Assembly (NCBI GenBank): GCA_040954595.2
Contig: CM082579.2
Coordinates: 2,658,345 to 2,722,344, forward strand
Length of the DNA: 64,000 nucleotides
Origin: Balanoglossus misakiensis
Lineage: Eukaryota > Animalia > Hemichordata
Direction: 5' to 3'
The position numbers were made by a program, and so were the translations under genes. Numbering within the stretch: the stretch's first letter is position 1; each line of letters begins with the position of its first letter. Below, piece after piece: positions 24,911 through 45,365 of the stretch. Under the pieces are notes generated by a model that was not told the DNA's origin, did not search any database, and was given only the letters and a program-made list of their open reading frames with translations.

Positions 24911-26020
24911 ATGGTAAAAATGTGCAACTTTATGGTAAGAATGCGTGAAGGAAGATATTTGAGACTGGTTTTACACGTCACCTTGTTGTTCAATCTCCTC
25001 AGTTGCGTCCTGGTCTTGTCCATAGGAAGGACATTCCAGTCATCATTTTGCACTTGCCAGGCCACCGAAGGCAAGGAGCAGGAAATCACGACTTTAATCT
25101 TGGATTCAAGCAGGGTGTCTATTAATAAGTCTTGCTGGTTGCGCAGCGGCTATGATGAAAACTTAAACGTGATGAGCTTTTTCCTGCTCGTTTTCGTTGT
25201 GTTGGTTGTCGGAACTCAGTTTGTTTGGAGCAATCTCTCTGGCGTATCGACGATCGAGGAAAAAATTCGTCCCGAGAAGAAGGAACAACAAAAGGGAGTG
25301 GTGGCACGAGATAAAAATGACGATGCTACGTTGACAGATGTCCTTATGCAAGTCGTTGCAAAAGTCAAACAAGATCATGTGACCCTTGACACAGCTCATT
25401 CGCCTGATGATTCCTTCGCTTGTCACTCACTTCTGAAAGTATTCATTTGCTACATGATGAAGCTGGCACTGCAAACGTGTTTTGCCTACGTTGTCACACT
25501 GAACACCTTCTGGTCAGAATGGGGATGGCGCCAGCTGTGGTTGGGCTCCACCAAGTGGTGCTGGATACCCAGAGCCGTCACAAAGCTGGGTCTGGAATGC
25601 CGCCCAACACCCCTTGGAAGAACTATTGGATTCCTCATGGTGACTGACGGGGTCCTGTCATTCTGGCTCTGTCTGTCCCTAGGAACCTACATGATCTACC
25701 TGCCAATGATGCTGTATGCCAAGATCAGCACAGTGCGGGGGGAGATGGAGAAATTCGGCATAATGGCACGGTGGAAGATTTTTGCTCTGCTCTTCTACGT
25801 CTGGCTGGGCATGTCTTCCGGAGAAATCAGCGGTTGCACCTTCAGCGAAGTGACGGCAGACCCGCAAGGGAATGGTGTGCAACCAGACATGATTCCACTC
25901 CTGAAAGAACAAATTGATGGTTTAGAAGTCGATGGCAAGGAAGAAAATGATACACATAAGATTTCTGTTTTGGAAGAGAAGGTTGTATCTTCAGGATCAG
26001 GAGATACACCAACAACTTGA
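24911..26020 (+). CDS. Intronless four-TM pannexin/innexin-like large-pore channel, divergent
   Basis: 369-aa ORF with four main hydrophobic helices. Loop 1 SFCTC...INKSCW resembles pannexin VDSYCW. TM2 ends FVWSNL, TM3 begins SLLKVFICY, and loop 2 WCWIP...LECRPTPLG resembles FVCSIK...FQCKLIAVG. The start may be a downstream Met. Confidence 0.6.
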   Translation: MVKMCNFMVRMREGRYLRLVLHVTLLFNLLSCVLVLSIGRTFQSSFCTCQATEGKEQEITTLILDSSRVSINKSCWLRSGYDENLNVMSFFLLVFVVLVVGTQFVWSNLSGVSTIEEKIRPEKKEQQKGVVARDKNDDATLTDVLMQVVAKVKQDHVTLDTAHSPDDSFACHSLLKVFICYMMKLALQTCFAYVVTLNTFWSEWGWRQLWLGSTKWCWIPRAVTKLGLECRPTPLGRTIGFLMVTDGVLSFWLCLSLGTYMIYLPMMLYAKISTVRGEMEKFGIMARWKIFALLFYVWLGMSSGEISGCTFSEVTADPQGNGVQPDMIPLLKEQIDGLEVDGKEENDTHKISVLEEKVVSSGSGDTPTT

Positions 26021-27556
26021 ATGCCTACTTTATATCGGTGTCCCTTAACAGTACTTTTTCTCTCGGTAAAAGCAGTGATTGCCTCGAAAGAGACCTTATT
26101 TTCACAAAATTTCAATTAAGTACCTCCAAGTGCAAGGTTTTACTCCTATGGTGGTTTCCATGGGTTACAAGTGTCATGCATCATCTTCATTACTTAAACT
26201 ATGGGGAATACTGAACTAATTCATATATTCAATATAGGCATTATCTTGTACACGTATTGCCCTCACATTTTATGGGATTGAATGAAATCATTTTAATAAG
26301 TGACATTATTTTATTATTTAGCTTTTTTGTGTTGGGGGAAAAAACCTAAAAATCTCATCCACAGCCCAACATGATTCTGGGCGTTCCTGCCCTTACAGCG
26401 CAAGTTCTATCAAGTGTGCTTACAATCATACGCACAAACAAACATAAATATGGGTTTGGGTTTTCTTTCCAGATCGAATGATCCATGTTTCAATCTTGGA
26501 ATAAAGGGCAATCATTTTAATTTAGTCTGTTATAAAAAAAAAGTGGACTGAATGATTCAGTCTCGGCTTGTGAGGGCGCTCCATAACCTCTGACCCTGAT
26601 AGGCCAAAAGGTCACGTAGCACCTGCACACGAGTGAATATTTCAGTCTAGTTCAAGGGACGCCAGTCAGTGGTTTATAATTATGCTTTAATCCAAATGAA
26701 GATTTACACAACATATAAAAGAACTAACTTTTGTATTTATAGAAACATGTATTTAGAAAAATTGCTGTATATTCAAATATTTACACCATATTATGAAAAA
26801 AAATCAAATTATATAGAGGTGGTTTGGAATTAGTGCCTGTGTAAAAATGAATTTCTAATCACCAGTTGTTTCTTTGTTTAATTTATACTGCAATTCTATT
26901 TGTTTCCAGTATATATACTTAATAGTGCAATGTATGCTTGACAATATACTTTCCGAAATGAGGAATTTTTTACTATGTGGAGGAAAATTGGCTGATAGGG
27001 AGTTTTGGGGGATGGTGTGTGTTGGCGGGGGGGGGGGGGGGTTATAGAATGTCTGTCATCTGCATTTCACAATTGACTTCTGAGTGATGACTACCACGTC
27101 ACATATTGTCAATATTAAAAGTTTTGGCCGAGTCAGCAAACTTTTCATGTTATTTGTCAATGAGCAGTTTATCATTTATGGGATAAAATACTTCAAAGTG
27201 GTCCGCAAATATGCTTCCCACGTGACACTATTGCCAGGAAACTGCTTGGTGACACGATATTGTGTCAAGTTCACTTTCAACCCTATAACCGGAGTTTGTA
27301 CCTAATACTTCCGTAAATCTCGTGATAAAATATAAACAAAACCTTGCTATGGCTGAGAACGGCAACGTGTTTGTTTCAAACACTGTCAAATTTATACAGT
27401 GAATTATTGAACCCCCCCCCCCTCATTGACCTTATATACACTTTCTTGATTATGATTTATTGTGCTTTGTCACTCTACCAATCACTTCTCATAAACTGTG
27501 GAACTCTACCGTTAAAACAGTCACATCACAGCGCTCTGCGTCGTACCAGCAATACC

Positions 27557-31185
<3,629 letters not shown>

Positions 31186-32267
31186 TATCCCCGAGCTTTG
31201 GGTTCTTACTACTTTTGGTAATCGTAAAATGGTTTCGGATAATGTCCTCTAGTTCAAATTCCACACCAGAAGGTCTAGATGTCCACTTTCACACTCATAC
31301 ATACATATTCCTTTAACCATTTCATTGTAGATTCACTTTAATTGTATTCACAATGTGATGACACAAAAGCTGCACACACATTATATGGTGTTAAAGTTAT
31401 ATATTGTCATCCATCACCTGGAATGATTTTTTTCTTCAAAAAACTAAATTGTTACTGTGCATATTTAACCAATATCATTTCAAATACACTTAGTACATTT
31501 GTATCAAAGACTTACATTTGTTATAATTATTCTCAGAAAAATTAATAGACCTGTCATGTTTAAACCATTTTGCATAGGAGTCTGTTTTGCAATTTAAAAA
31601 GATTTAACTGTATTGTACACAAAGGTTGTACCACATACCACTATGTATAATTAGTTTTGCACTGCGCGTTTTTATAAGACTTGTTAAACTTTGATTCATG
31701 ATTTTTTTTTTAATTCCTGAGGGCACACATGTAGAAAAGATTTGTAGCTGCAAAAAATTAAGATATCGGTTAGTCATGTGCATTAACATTTCCCTCATTT
31801 TCAACTTTTTTCACCAGTGGGTCAGGGATCAAAGGTTAAGGCAACCACTTTCCCATTCAAAAAGGAAACAGAAACAACACAAAACTCTTAACTACACGTA
31901 ACAACATATAAATGAAAAAAAAAATGAAAGCCCAAGTGGTGATATCGTTAGGGTTGTTTTCTTTTGCCAGTTGTACAACCGCCACTCTCTTAACTATCTC
32001 AGTTTAACTATCTGAGTTTCTACATAGCCCCTCAAAATGACAGGAAAACCCAGGGCAGAGATTGGGGCGCGAAAAATCACATAGCCTTTGCCTTGCTTCC
32101 CTCGGCATAAAAACATACTTTGGCAACCATTTTGGCGGTACACACCAAAATTTCAATACACTCACAACAAAGTTCTTCTAGAAGGAGCCTAACAAGTTGA
32201 CAATAACGTAATCTTAGTTTGGCTCTAATATCCTGAAAGGATGCTACTGAGGTTTTTGTCTTTTCCT

Positions 32268-35200
32268 TCAGTTCCTTCCTTGTCCACCAAGTAGTGGTTC
32301 TCTCTCATCACCGGACCGTTGTATTGACGCGTTGTTCATTGACTGAAATGAGGAGATAAACAAACTCAGTATACTTGTAAGAGCAAGTGTTAAACAGACA
32401 AGTAGAATAAGGCAAAGATTTTGTATGGAAAGTTTCAGGTGATCTTTGATATAACCTGTTGCATCATAAGTCAACATGTGTATCAGATCTAAACGCTAGG
32501 TACAGAATAGTACAATAATGTAACCCTATACTAAAGACTTACAGACTTTGAAACTTAGAAATTTTAGTTTTCGAACTCACCTCTGTTTGTCGCCGTTTTC
32601 TGAGCAACAAAATACCAGTGACAATGACCACAAGACAGCCGATGGCAAACACAACCCATGGTATGTATTTACACATGGTGACTGGCATACCGACTTGTGA
32701 TTTGTACTGGGCTACACTGTCATCATCTATTGTGTAGGTCTGTTGAGAAGAAAGAGAGGAAGACACACACTTATTGCGAGTTTGTGGTTGTGTATGGGCC
32801 CTTACGGTAACCAAGTGTGTGTGTATGAGTGAGGAAGGGGGGGGGGGGTGTCCTGTCTTCCGTAGAATGAAGTCAGTTTTGTTTTCTGAGCACAAGCTGT
32901 GAAAGCACTCACCTCGTTGATCCATACAACTGGATAGAAAACATCATTAATTTTGGACAGGTCTCTGAAAGGGAAATACAAAACATTCATATCTTCTCGA
33001 TTGTGGAATGGTTGATGTAGTGTCAGAGTGCTGATTGAAAGTGGATATATTGCATGAACCATAAGCTAAGTATTGGAGTAAAGATACCATAATGAATGAT
33101 TGTGTCTACTTACTCAATATCTTTATCATTTTGCAAATGAACATTAATTTGAAGTCTTTTAGCAACTCTCATTGATAATCCAGTGATCTGAAAAGACAAC
33201 CACACATAAACAAAACAAAATCACATACAGCTTGATGTGATATCAGTGGAGAATATTTGTAAATACCACCACATGTGCATCAAATTGTAGACTTCACTGA
33301 AATGAAACTCACATAGTCTGTATCGATGAGGGTTTGATGTTCTTCCTTGTTTGGGTTCATACAAGGCAGAATTACTTCTTCGTCAGCATAAAGGAAGTGT
33401 GGTAAAGAGTAAACAACTGGAGCACCTAAACAAACAAACAGAAAATGGGAGTGTATTCAAATTAGGGAGAATATAGGGGCACCACTACTAATGATGAGCA
33501 GTATTTCCAATTAATTTAAATACAAAATATCTAAGAATTTTATAAGATCCTTATAAGATATTTTTTTACGGGTAACAGAGAATTTCAGTGGATACTGGGA
33601 CCAAAGTGTGGTGTTGAGCTATTGACAGACTTACCTTTCTGGCAATTACTGGCATTGAGCAGACCCCCTGGTAAACAGAAATCTGAATTTGGTGTACAGA
33701 AGCCAGCGTTTGCCGGGTTGGTGATGTTATTAGCCAACATGATTGGTGGGGAGACATATCTCTTCACAGTGACACCCTTGAGGTCAATGTCACGTTCATA
33801 GAGACCATAGACTGACCTGAAAGAAAAGGTTTGTGAAATATGATACACTGAGGTAGAGCCATCCTACTTGGCTAACCAACACAGCCTATAGGGCTACCAT
33901 TCCAACATGCCATGGGTGGATTATTTTTACTGCAAAAGTAAAGATAACTGAGTGAACTGAACACAAACCTGCAAATATCTGACGAGTATATGTATGCTGG
34001 GTTTTTGGGATCATAGAAGGGTGGTGCTAGGGAGCCATCTGAAATAGTGAATATAGTTTGAGGGTTAGCATAAAATCCTCTCAAACTACAAATGATTGAG
34101 TCTTGAAGTTCCGGGCCTTGACATGCAAAAATATGATACTGTAGTTTCATGTACATACCTGTTCCGTTGATCATATTTGCATATGGATCTGGCCACCAGG
34201 ACAACACGGACGAATTTTTCCAGTCTTTGATTATATTTAGTCGGTCTGCATCTGTGTAAACTGTGTAGCGCCCATCATCGGAATTGTTCCTCTGTGAAGA
34301 GAAGTTGCCACAGCTTAATATTGGGCAGCATGTTACCCTCATGATGAGGAACCCAAACATTTCAAATTACTTTACACACTTACTCCCATGAATATGCCAA
34401 ACTCTGTAGTTATGTCTAAATGAAAACCAACGTCTTCAGCCAATTTTTCCAGATAGACCAGCATGGGATCTTCATAGCCCCACATCAGTTCTGCCACTGT
34501 CAATTGTGTGAACAACGTGGACCCTGACATTTTTTCGATGGCTTCCAGGAGATACTGCAGCAAGTCAGGCTCCCTTTTCACCAGATTTGCAAATGTCTGT
34601 GGGCATAAAAAAGAAGTAAATAATGAAAGCTACCAGTGGATCAGTACATTTAATACGTACATGTAAATGTAGTGATCTATCAACCAAGCGTCAAATCGGA
34701 CTCAAAAACAATCAATCAATAAATCAATCACTTTCAGTACACTCAAATAGCAGTTAACTCACTGACTGCAAAAATACTCACCACCAAAGGCAGATTCAGT
34801 GTTGTAACCGTGTCATTGTCCCACCCGACTGACATCTCTCTGTCAAATACGTACGTGACTATTTCCCGATACGATACCGTATGAGCTTCTTCATGCCAAG
34901 TAATGTTTTCCTTCACGCGAGTTTCTCTGGAAAAGAAAACAGCACAAGAGTGAAGTGTGGTGATTTCAAGTCTCCATCTCATCTAATTGCCTGAAATGGA
35001 GTTCATTTCAGGTATCTGCACTCTAAAATCAAACTTCTCTTTTTTGTTTTTGCTTTCAATGATGTGAGACTTTTACCTGTATGTGTATGGACCCCTTTGT
35101 ACAACATATGGCAGCTTTTTTCCTATTATCACTTCTTCTGCATTGACGAGATCGAACACGAAGAACTGCATGTAGACTGGAATATCCGGTGCTCTCCATT

Positions 35201-35969
35201 TGTCAAATGTCTTGGAATTTGGCGACAATGTCATTTGCTGTAAAACAGAAAAAAAGGATAAATGATTCATCACTCATGAAACAATGGCTGTGTGGGGGAT
35301 GTGTCTGATATCAAACCAGTGATAAAGGACAATTTCATTGCCTTTCATTCAACTGATAACAGGCCACTTTCACAACCTTTGAGCGACCTTACATCCTGTG
35401 TTAGACTGATAAGGTTCCAAATAACCACTGCTGCATGGGCTAAATCTTGACATTCTGTATTCTACTATGTGTTTATGTTTCTTCTCTTTCCAGAGGGTTT
35501 ACACATTTGATTGACTTTTGCAAAGTCTCCATGGCAACCATTGACTAGGCTAGGGTTAGTCTGTCAAGGGGGGGGGGGTCTGTTCCATGCAAACACGCAC
35601 CAACATCGGGGGACCTGGAGTATCCGGCTCTGGCCCTGTCCCCTCTTGTATGACTTTTTCTGTCCCCAACCGAAGCAGTCAAGGACGGGCTTCCTACCCG
35701 TACTGGGCCGTAGCAATGTCCCCTCACAGGCCTATAACCCCCTGTGGGAAATGCCTCCTTCCAGGGGTCTCAGGGCGGCCGGGGAACATGGAGGGGGAGG
35801 GGTGATCTGCAAAGGGCACACGCAGCGTTTACTGACTGCTAGTGAAACCTACCTGTTTTATGACATTGTGGATGACATCATCCAAAATCCAATACAAGCT
35901 AATGCCTACACCAACAAGCAACACTCCAAATACGAGGGGAATTCCAAATTTGACAGCTGCGTGGACCAT
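32268..35969 (-). CDS. SCARB2: CD36-family scavenger receptor, LIMP-2/SCARB2-like, about 12 coding exons
   Basis: N-terminal TM, PVYMQFFVFD, QRGPYTYRE, TVAELMWGYEDP, NMINGTDGS, YIYSSDICRS, PGGLLNASNC, PVVWINE and a C-terminal TM. The tail GDEREPLL carries the acidic dileucine lysosomal signal typical of LIMP-2. Confidence 0.88.
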
Positions 35970-37521
35970 TCTGAGTTGCGATGTTGTGTAAGATAGATCT
36001 CACGTGCCCCAATAAACAAACACGTCGAAACTTGAACTTAGATACGGTACTTTACGCAATGAAAATCACGTATCCAGTGCAGCGTGTGTATTTCTTTACT
36101 CTCGATCGCGATGCGCTCGACGACGATGGAATCACCTGACTGAGGTCACATGACTAAAGGTCACTTTCGGTCACCTTGGTACGTGGGCAGGACTTTCCCC
36201 AACAAGCTCGTGTCACAGTCATGGTCATTTGGATTTTAAGCAGTGTGTCTGGTACGTACGGGTGTACAATGTGTCTCCGAGCCTTTAAAGGGACAAAGTG
36301 GCTCTTTTGCTGCCCTTTTTTTCCATTAATTATGTTTGATACAAGACACCGTTTATATTATTCTACATGTGGATATATAGTGAACCAACGTTCAACCACA
36401 CACAACTTCCATCCAGACTTTTTTGTCGAAAGATTTTTCAGGACACATATGCAGCTGCACATAGTAGGTTGAATATAAATTTTATTCCAACAAAATTACA
36501 ATAATTTATTGAAATACATGTAATAATATTCATTTCCCCCCCAAAAGTTTTATAATTTAAAAATCCCAATTGCCAATCACCTATACTGGTACATTGATGT
36601 ACTTTGCATTACCTCCTGAGATGCAGATAAGTGGACAAGAAAAAAACGTTTTTCGTTTTGTTTTTTTGTCTGAAAGTACATATTTTTTTAGATGTTCTCT
36701 GTTGGCACTGAAATAATCATTTTGATTGTCAGAATTTCATCACTGGCAGAATCAAAATGATTGTGCAAACAGCAGCCTACTGGCTAAAACATGAGAACAA
36801 ATACATATATACCAACGTTCTCTTGAGGACAAACACATGTTTAGCTCACCAATAACTAAACTACATGTATATCTAAATTTTACCAAGAGGAATGACCCTG
36901 TACTCTTAGACACATCTGACTTTTTCTTCAAATTGTCAGTGATCAGATGCAATATTAGATATTTTGATTCAAGAGATTCTACGGCAGATATGGGAAAATC
37001 TGTCACAAAATATAAACAGTTTCAGCCGTATTGTAAATATATTTCAAGTGGAAGTATAATGATGAAAAAGAAGCATTTGCTCTGTCACCTCGTGGTGGGT
37101 GTTTACCCGTAACAATACTGTTTTTTTTGGATATGATCTTCTAAATACGACTTTGTGACTTTCAAGTTTTTGTTTAGCACCAAGGCAGCACACGCAATTT
37201 TGCTTTTAATTCAAAAATACATTCAACTTTCCAATGAATGAAAATATGTTCAAGATGGTACCGTTAATATACAAAAATACTACCTGAAGAAACATCTTGA
37301 AACCAGGTTAAAACTCTACACCAACAGTATTTTAAAAATGTATAAAGGGACGTATTTTATGCAGTCATTTTTCCATAACAGTCTGTGACTAAGCTGAATA
37401 GTCATGACTATCCTTCTACCCCAGCCACTGAACTTTTAACCTGAGTTTTTTGTCAGCCTGTCTGGCTAAACCCGAATCTTCATTAATGGCACAACGTGTA
37501 GAAGTCATCCATCTGATCACT

Positions 37522-41054
<3,533 letters not shown>

Positions 41055-42026
41055 TTTGTCTGATTTCTAGAGAAAACGAACTTACAGCAGAAGGCGATCA
41101 CCCGGTGGCCCAGAGTCGTGTTTATAATGATCAGCTGCAGCTTGGCAGCCAGTGAAAGTGTGTCTATTTCAAAGATTTACCGACAACAAGGCTGACGATC
41201 ATATCGTTGACCCCGATCACGTCAACACAGCGTTTTCTGGTGTGACCTTCTTCAACGTAATGTCAAACAAATAAATGAGCATCACACTGTATTTCACTTC
41301 AGGGAGGACGCGAAACGTGTCCTTTTGGAGGTCATTTTCCGGTGGTCTGCAATCACATGACATTGCGTAACCATCGCGAGCACTGGAGATATGTTTCAAC
41401 GAACTATCAAACTTAATGGAGGTCAGGTGGTTGACCCCAGTGTGACCTTTTAAAACGTTTGATGTCTTTTCCCCCTGGCAAAGGCGTACCTTCGCATAAA
41501 TCGCTTTATTTTTGCATTCAGGGGAGAAACGTTCGTGTGTTAAAGATGATTCCACCAGTTTTTGACTAATATACAAAGAACCAGGACACTTTCCCATTAT
41601 AATATCATTCGTTGCTTTACAGCTTTTTATTTTTTCAAAGCATTGAAAAGTTTTACAAAATTCATGAGTATCTTATGAAAGTATAGGTGGAAAAAATTGA
41701 AATTTTCCATGACATTGCAGGAGTGTAATACATTTTAAATATATCCTCTCCCCTTCCGAGTAGTAGACAAAGCAGATCAAATTTCACAAAGTTCAAAGGA
41801 AAGTCTGTTCACTCCAAGGCAGTGAAGCACAATTTGTGATGTTCTTTATTAACCATGTACAAAAATAAAAAATCTTGTAAAAAGTGACATGGAAATTTCT
41901 CATGCAACTTATGCAGAGAATAACAATACATATAGTCCACCTTTAATACAGATTTTCACAGTGAAAGGATTTTGATACACCAGTGTGATTCATCTGCACA
42001 CAGGTCTGGAACAGTGATCAAAAGTT

Positions 42027-45000
42027 TCATCTTCTTTGATGAATTGTGTCAGTAAGTCCTTGTTCAACAAGATGAAGGTCCTCCACATCATCCTTGATCA
42101 CAGTTATAAGATGTCTGATGCCTTCTTGCTGTTGTTTTAAATGCTGGAAAATAAAAGTGTCAACGTTCAGAATATCTGAAATAAATTATTGAAACTGCTG
42201 CACTTCAATATGGCAGTTACTGAGACAGACACAAGACCAAGAAACATCCATGGAAAGATGGTCAAATTTTGAGAGTGGTTAGTTAATATCAAAGTCATCT
42301 GATCTAACATTCTGATCACAAAGTGACAACAGATGATATGTAGAGTTTTCATATCTATATATCTATGTGCATGTACCTGTTTTATTTCGTCCTGTAGTGT
42401 AAGATCAATTGAATAGCGTTCTTCATTTCTGGCTGTCATCACCTGATTTTGCATGCGTATCTGCGACATCATTTCATTGAGACGACCCTGATAGGGGAAA
42501 GAAAATGGCTCATAAATTTCACCCACATATTACTGATGTGATGGTTCAACTTCGTTGCATGTGTGTACAACATCACTTTACCTTAAACTGTGTTGGAGCA
42601 TTGAGTTCTGCCTGAATGGATTCCAGCTGTACTCTCAGCTGTTCCTCGTCCAATTGGATTGCAAGTCCACTTTTCCTGTAAACTTCTTGCACCAACATAA
42701 TCTGTAAGACACCATCATCATCATCATCATCATCATCAATTGTCTATACACAAATAAAATTCTGGCAAACAAATGCCAAGGTCTCACCAAGCTTAATTGA
42801 CAGGAATAATATTCTTTTACCAGAAGGCAGATTTTGACATGGCAAGACGCCATGATTGCAGTGGCACACCAACTCAATGATGACCCTTACCTGTAAGATC
42901 TTATGTGACAATTCAGCATGTTTCCTTTTGTATTCAGCAAGCTTGGCTTGAATGGTAGCCTGGTTTCTCTGCAGAGTGGCAATGTCATCTGAAATAATCT
43001 GACAAATGACAACAAAAAAGTGAAATATGAATAATATATACTACTAGCCTATGTTAAGACATAGTTCAGTGTGAATGATTTAAGAAGACCATACTTACAT
43101 TGAGTCTGCCTTGATGTTGTTTGTTCTGGTGTTCTTGGTGTTTGAATCTGCTGTTTAATTCACTGAACCCAACCATTGGTACTGGAATTAATCTATTTTG
43201 AGTAAAGGTGGGATGAAAAGAGTCATATTTTTGTAAAAAAAAGTCCTTGAATTTTCTTTGCAACAGATGGAGGTCAGTTATGTCATTTCCTGACTGAGAC
43301 ATGTTGAGGTTGGCTGGTTGGAATAACATGACTGAACAAACTGATAACTCACTTATCAGGGTCTGGGTTATCCAGTTTTGCTTGTCTCCACAACCTTGGA
43401 TCATAACCTGTTGGTAGATATAAAAGAACTTGAAAGTTTTGGCCACTTCTATCCAGATTAATTCTTTCACCACCATGGTTCGGTCCAACTCCATTGTTTT
43501 CTATGGTAAAGTTGGGCCTCTATAGAGGAAACTGGGGGTGTAAGGGTCATGACTCCCTCTGTTTTGCAACATATTCTGAATGAAAAGCTAGATATTCCAA
43601 TGATTACAGACCAGAAGGAGGATTATCCAAGTACTGTTTCAATTGAGCATCTGTCAGTTCAGTCTTTGCAATGGTGCCCTCAACGCCGAGAGCCTGCAGT
43701 TGTGCTTTGTACGTGGTTTGGTTCAGGAAGTTATTCAAGTCAGTGGCCGTAACTCTTTTGGATACTCCAGTTGGCAACCTCTCCTGGACATAGATCAGCA
43801 CTTCACTCCTAGAAAAGAACAACAAATACATTGTCACTCTAATACGATTTGACCCCACTGGCAATGACCAAGTTTTGCTTTTTTCCACAGCTAGGGAGAC
43901 AATAGCCTTCTCCTTACTTGTCATCAGGCAGAGCCCTCACACCTTCAACACAGACGGACAGAGTAGGTTTACTGCCCAAAATCCTGTACAGGCTATCCAC
44001 CAGTTGCTGCTGCTGTTGTCTGATTTCGTTTTCTTTCTTCCTTATCACCAGGGCAACTAGGCCATCTTCATTCTTGGTTGATGGTTTGCAGCTGTATCCT
44101 ACGGTCTGTGAAAGCAAGACAGCAAATTTTTGTTTGTTCTTATTTTGAAATATTCTGTCATCGTTCAAATCATTACACATCTGTAGACAAATGTGTGATG
44201 TGGTGCTGAACAATTCTTTTTTCTTCATTACAAACAAGTCAGTAACAACAACAACAGCAACAGATTATGACAATCTTTTACCTTGAACCTGCAGAATGGG
44301 TTGTCCGGTGTGAAGGTGACTGATGCACTCTGGGTATAATAGCCTTTACCAGTTCCCCAGAATGCCTGTATCTGGTTCCATTTTGCTATGAGGACATCTC
44401 TTTCATCTCCGTAGATTGTCGGTAGGTGTAGTGCACTGGCTGTGTTCACCAGATTGGCTTGAGTTCCTGAAAAAGACAAACAGAGGGCATTTGGAGACAA
44501 TAAACTGTCAATTGTGAATGATCTGCATAACTGAATCGTAACTGGATCGTAATGGTACAGCAATGTAATCAATGATGAAGTTGACATATTGATAATATAT
44601 CATAGTTTAAATTACCTCCTAAGTCACCTCCTAATCCAGTACCCAAACCAGCACCAAAACCTGTGCCAAGTCCAGTGCCCAGGCCAGTACCCAATCCGGT
44701 GCCAAAACCTGTTCCACCTAGACCAGTGCCTAAACCAGTGCCGCCAAGGCCTGAACCAAGGATAGAGCCAGTGCCACCTAGGCCAGTGCCCAGACCAGTG
44801 GTTCCAAGCCCACCAGTGCCAGTACCAAGACCACTCGTCAAGCCACCTCCGAGACCACTGCCAAATCCTGCATCAGGTACAAAAATATCAAGAAAATGGA
44901 TCATTCATTAAGCATTAATGCACACTTACATTTAGACATGGTAGAAATGGTTTTGTGGATGTATGCAGAGCTTTCTATCAAAAAGGACAATTGTGAAGTT

Positions 45001-45365
45001 GAGTGTACTAACCGGTACTTGAAGATGGAAATCCAAATGAGCTCGAGGTAGTGGTAGTTCCTGTACCACCGAAAGGAAACACTGCACTAGTTGTTGCAGC
45101 TGTTCCTATAGCACCACCAAACAGGGACGATCCGGTTGTCTTGGGGGCACCAAAACCACCAAAGCCAGTAGTTCCTGTGTTGGCCAACATAATGGGAAAC
45201 AGTGCATCAGTTATATTTTGCGACCATGGCATGATGCAGTGAATGTATTAGGTGATCATTATATCTGTGGGTGTAATCAGTTCTACCTTTACCTGCAGTT
45301 GTCGTTGCAGTTCCAAATCCAAATGAAGGAGCAGCAGTTGTAACAGATCCGAATGAAAATGACAT
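42027..45365 (-). CDS. NUP54: Nucleoporin p54, multi-exon
   Basis: FG-rich N-terminus (MSFSFG..., with a GLGTG/GFG repeat exon at about 44617-44871), IYGDERDVLIAKWNQIQAFWGTGKGYY, TPDNPFCRFK, LWRQAKLDNPDP, LIPVPMVGFSEL, GRLNEMMSQIRMQN and HLKQQQEG. Confidence 0.95.
42713..42738. repeat. (CAT)n microsatellite in a NUP54 intron
   Basis: About 8 tandem CAT/ATC units. Confidence 0.85.

Noticed and set aside
24911-26020. Connexin identity for the 4-TM ORF (RPT and LLKVFIC resemble connexin segments)
   Set aside because: It lacks the three-cysteine spacing in each extracellular loop. The CW motif and loop pattern fit pannexin/innexin better.
44663-44911. Pro/Val-rich repeat ORF (PVPRPVP) on the + strand
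   Set aside because: It is the antisense shadow of the NUP54 GLGTG/FG repeat exon.
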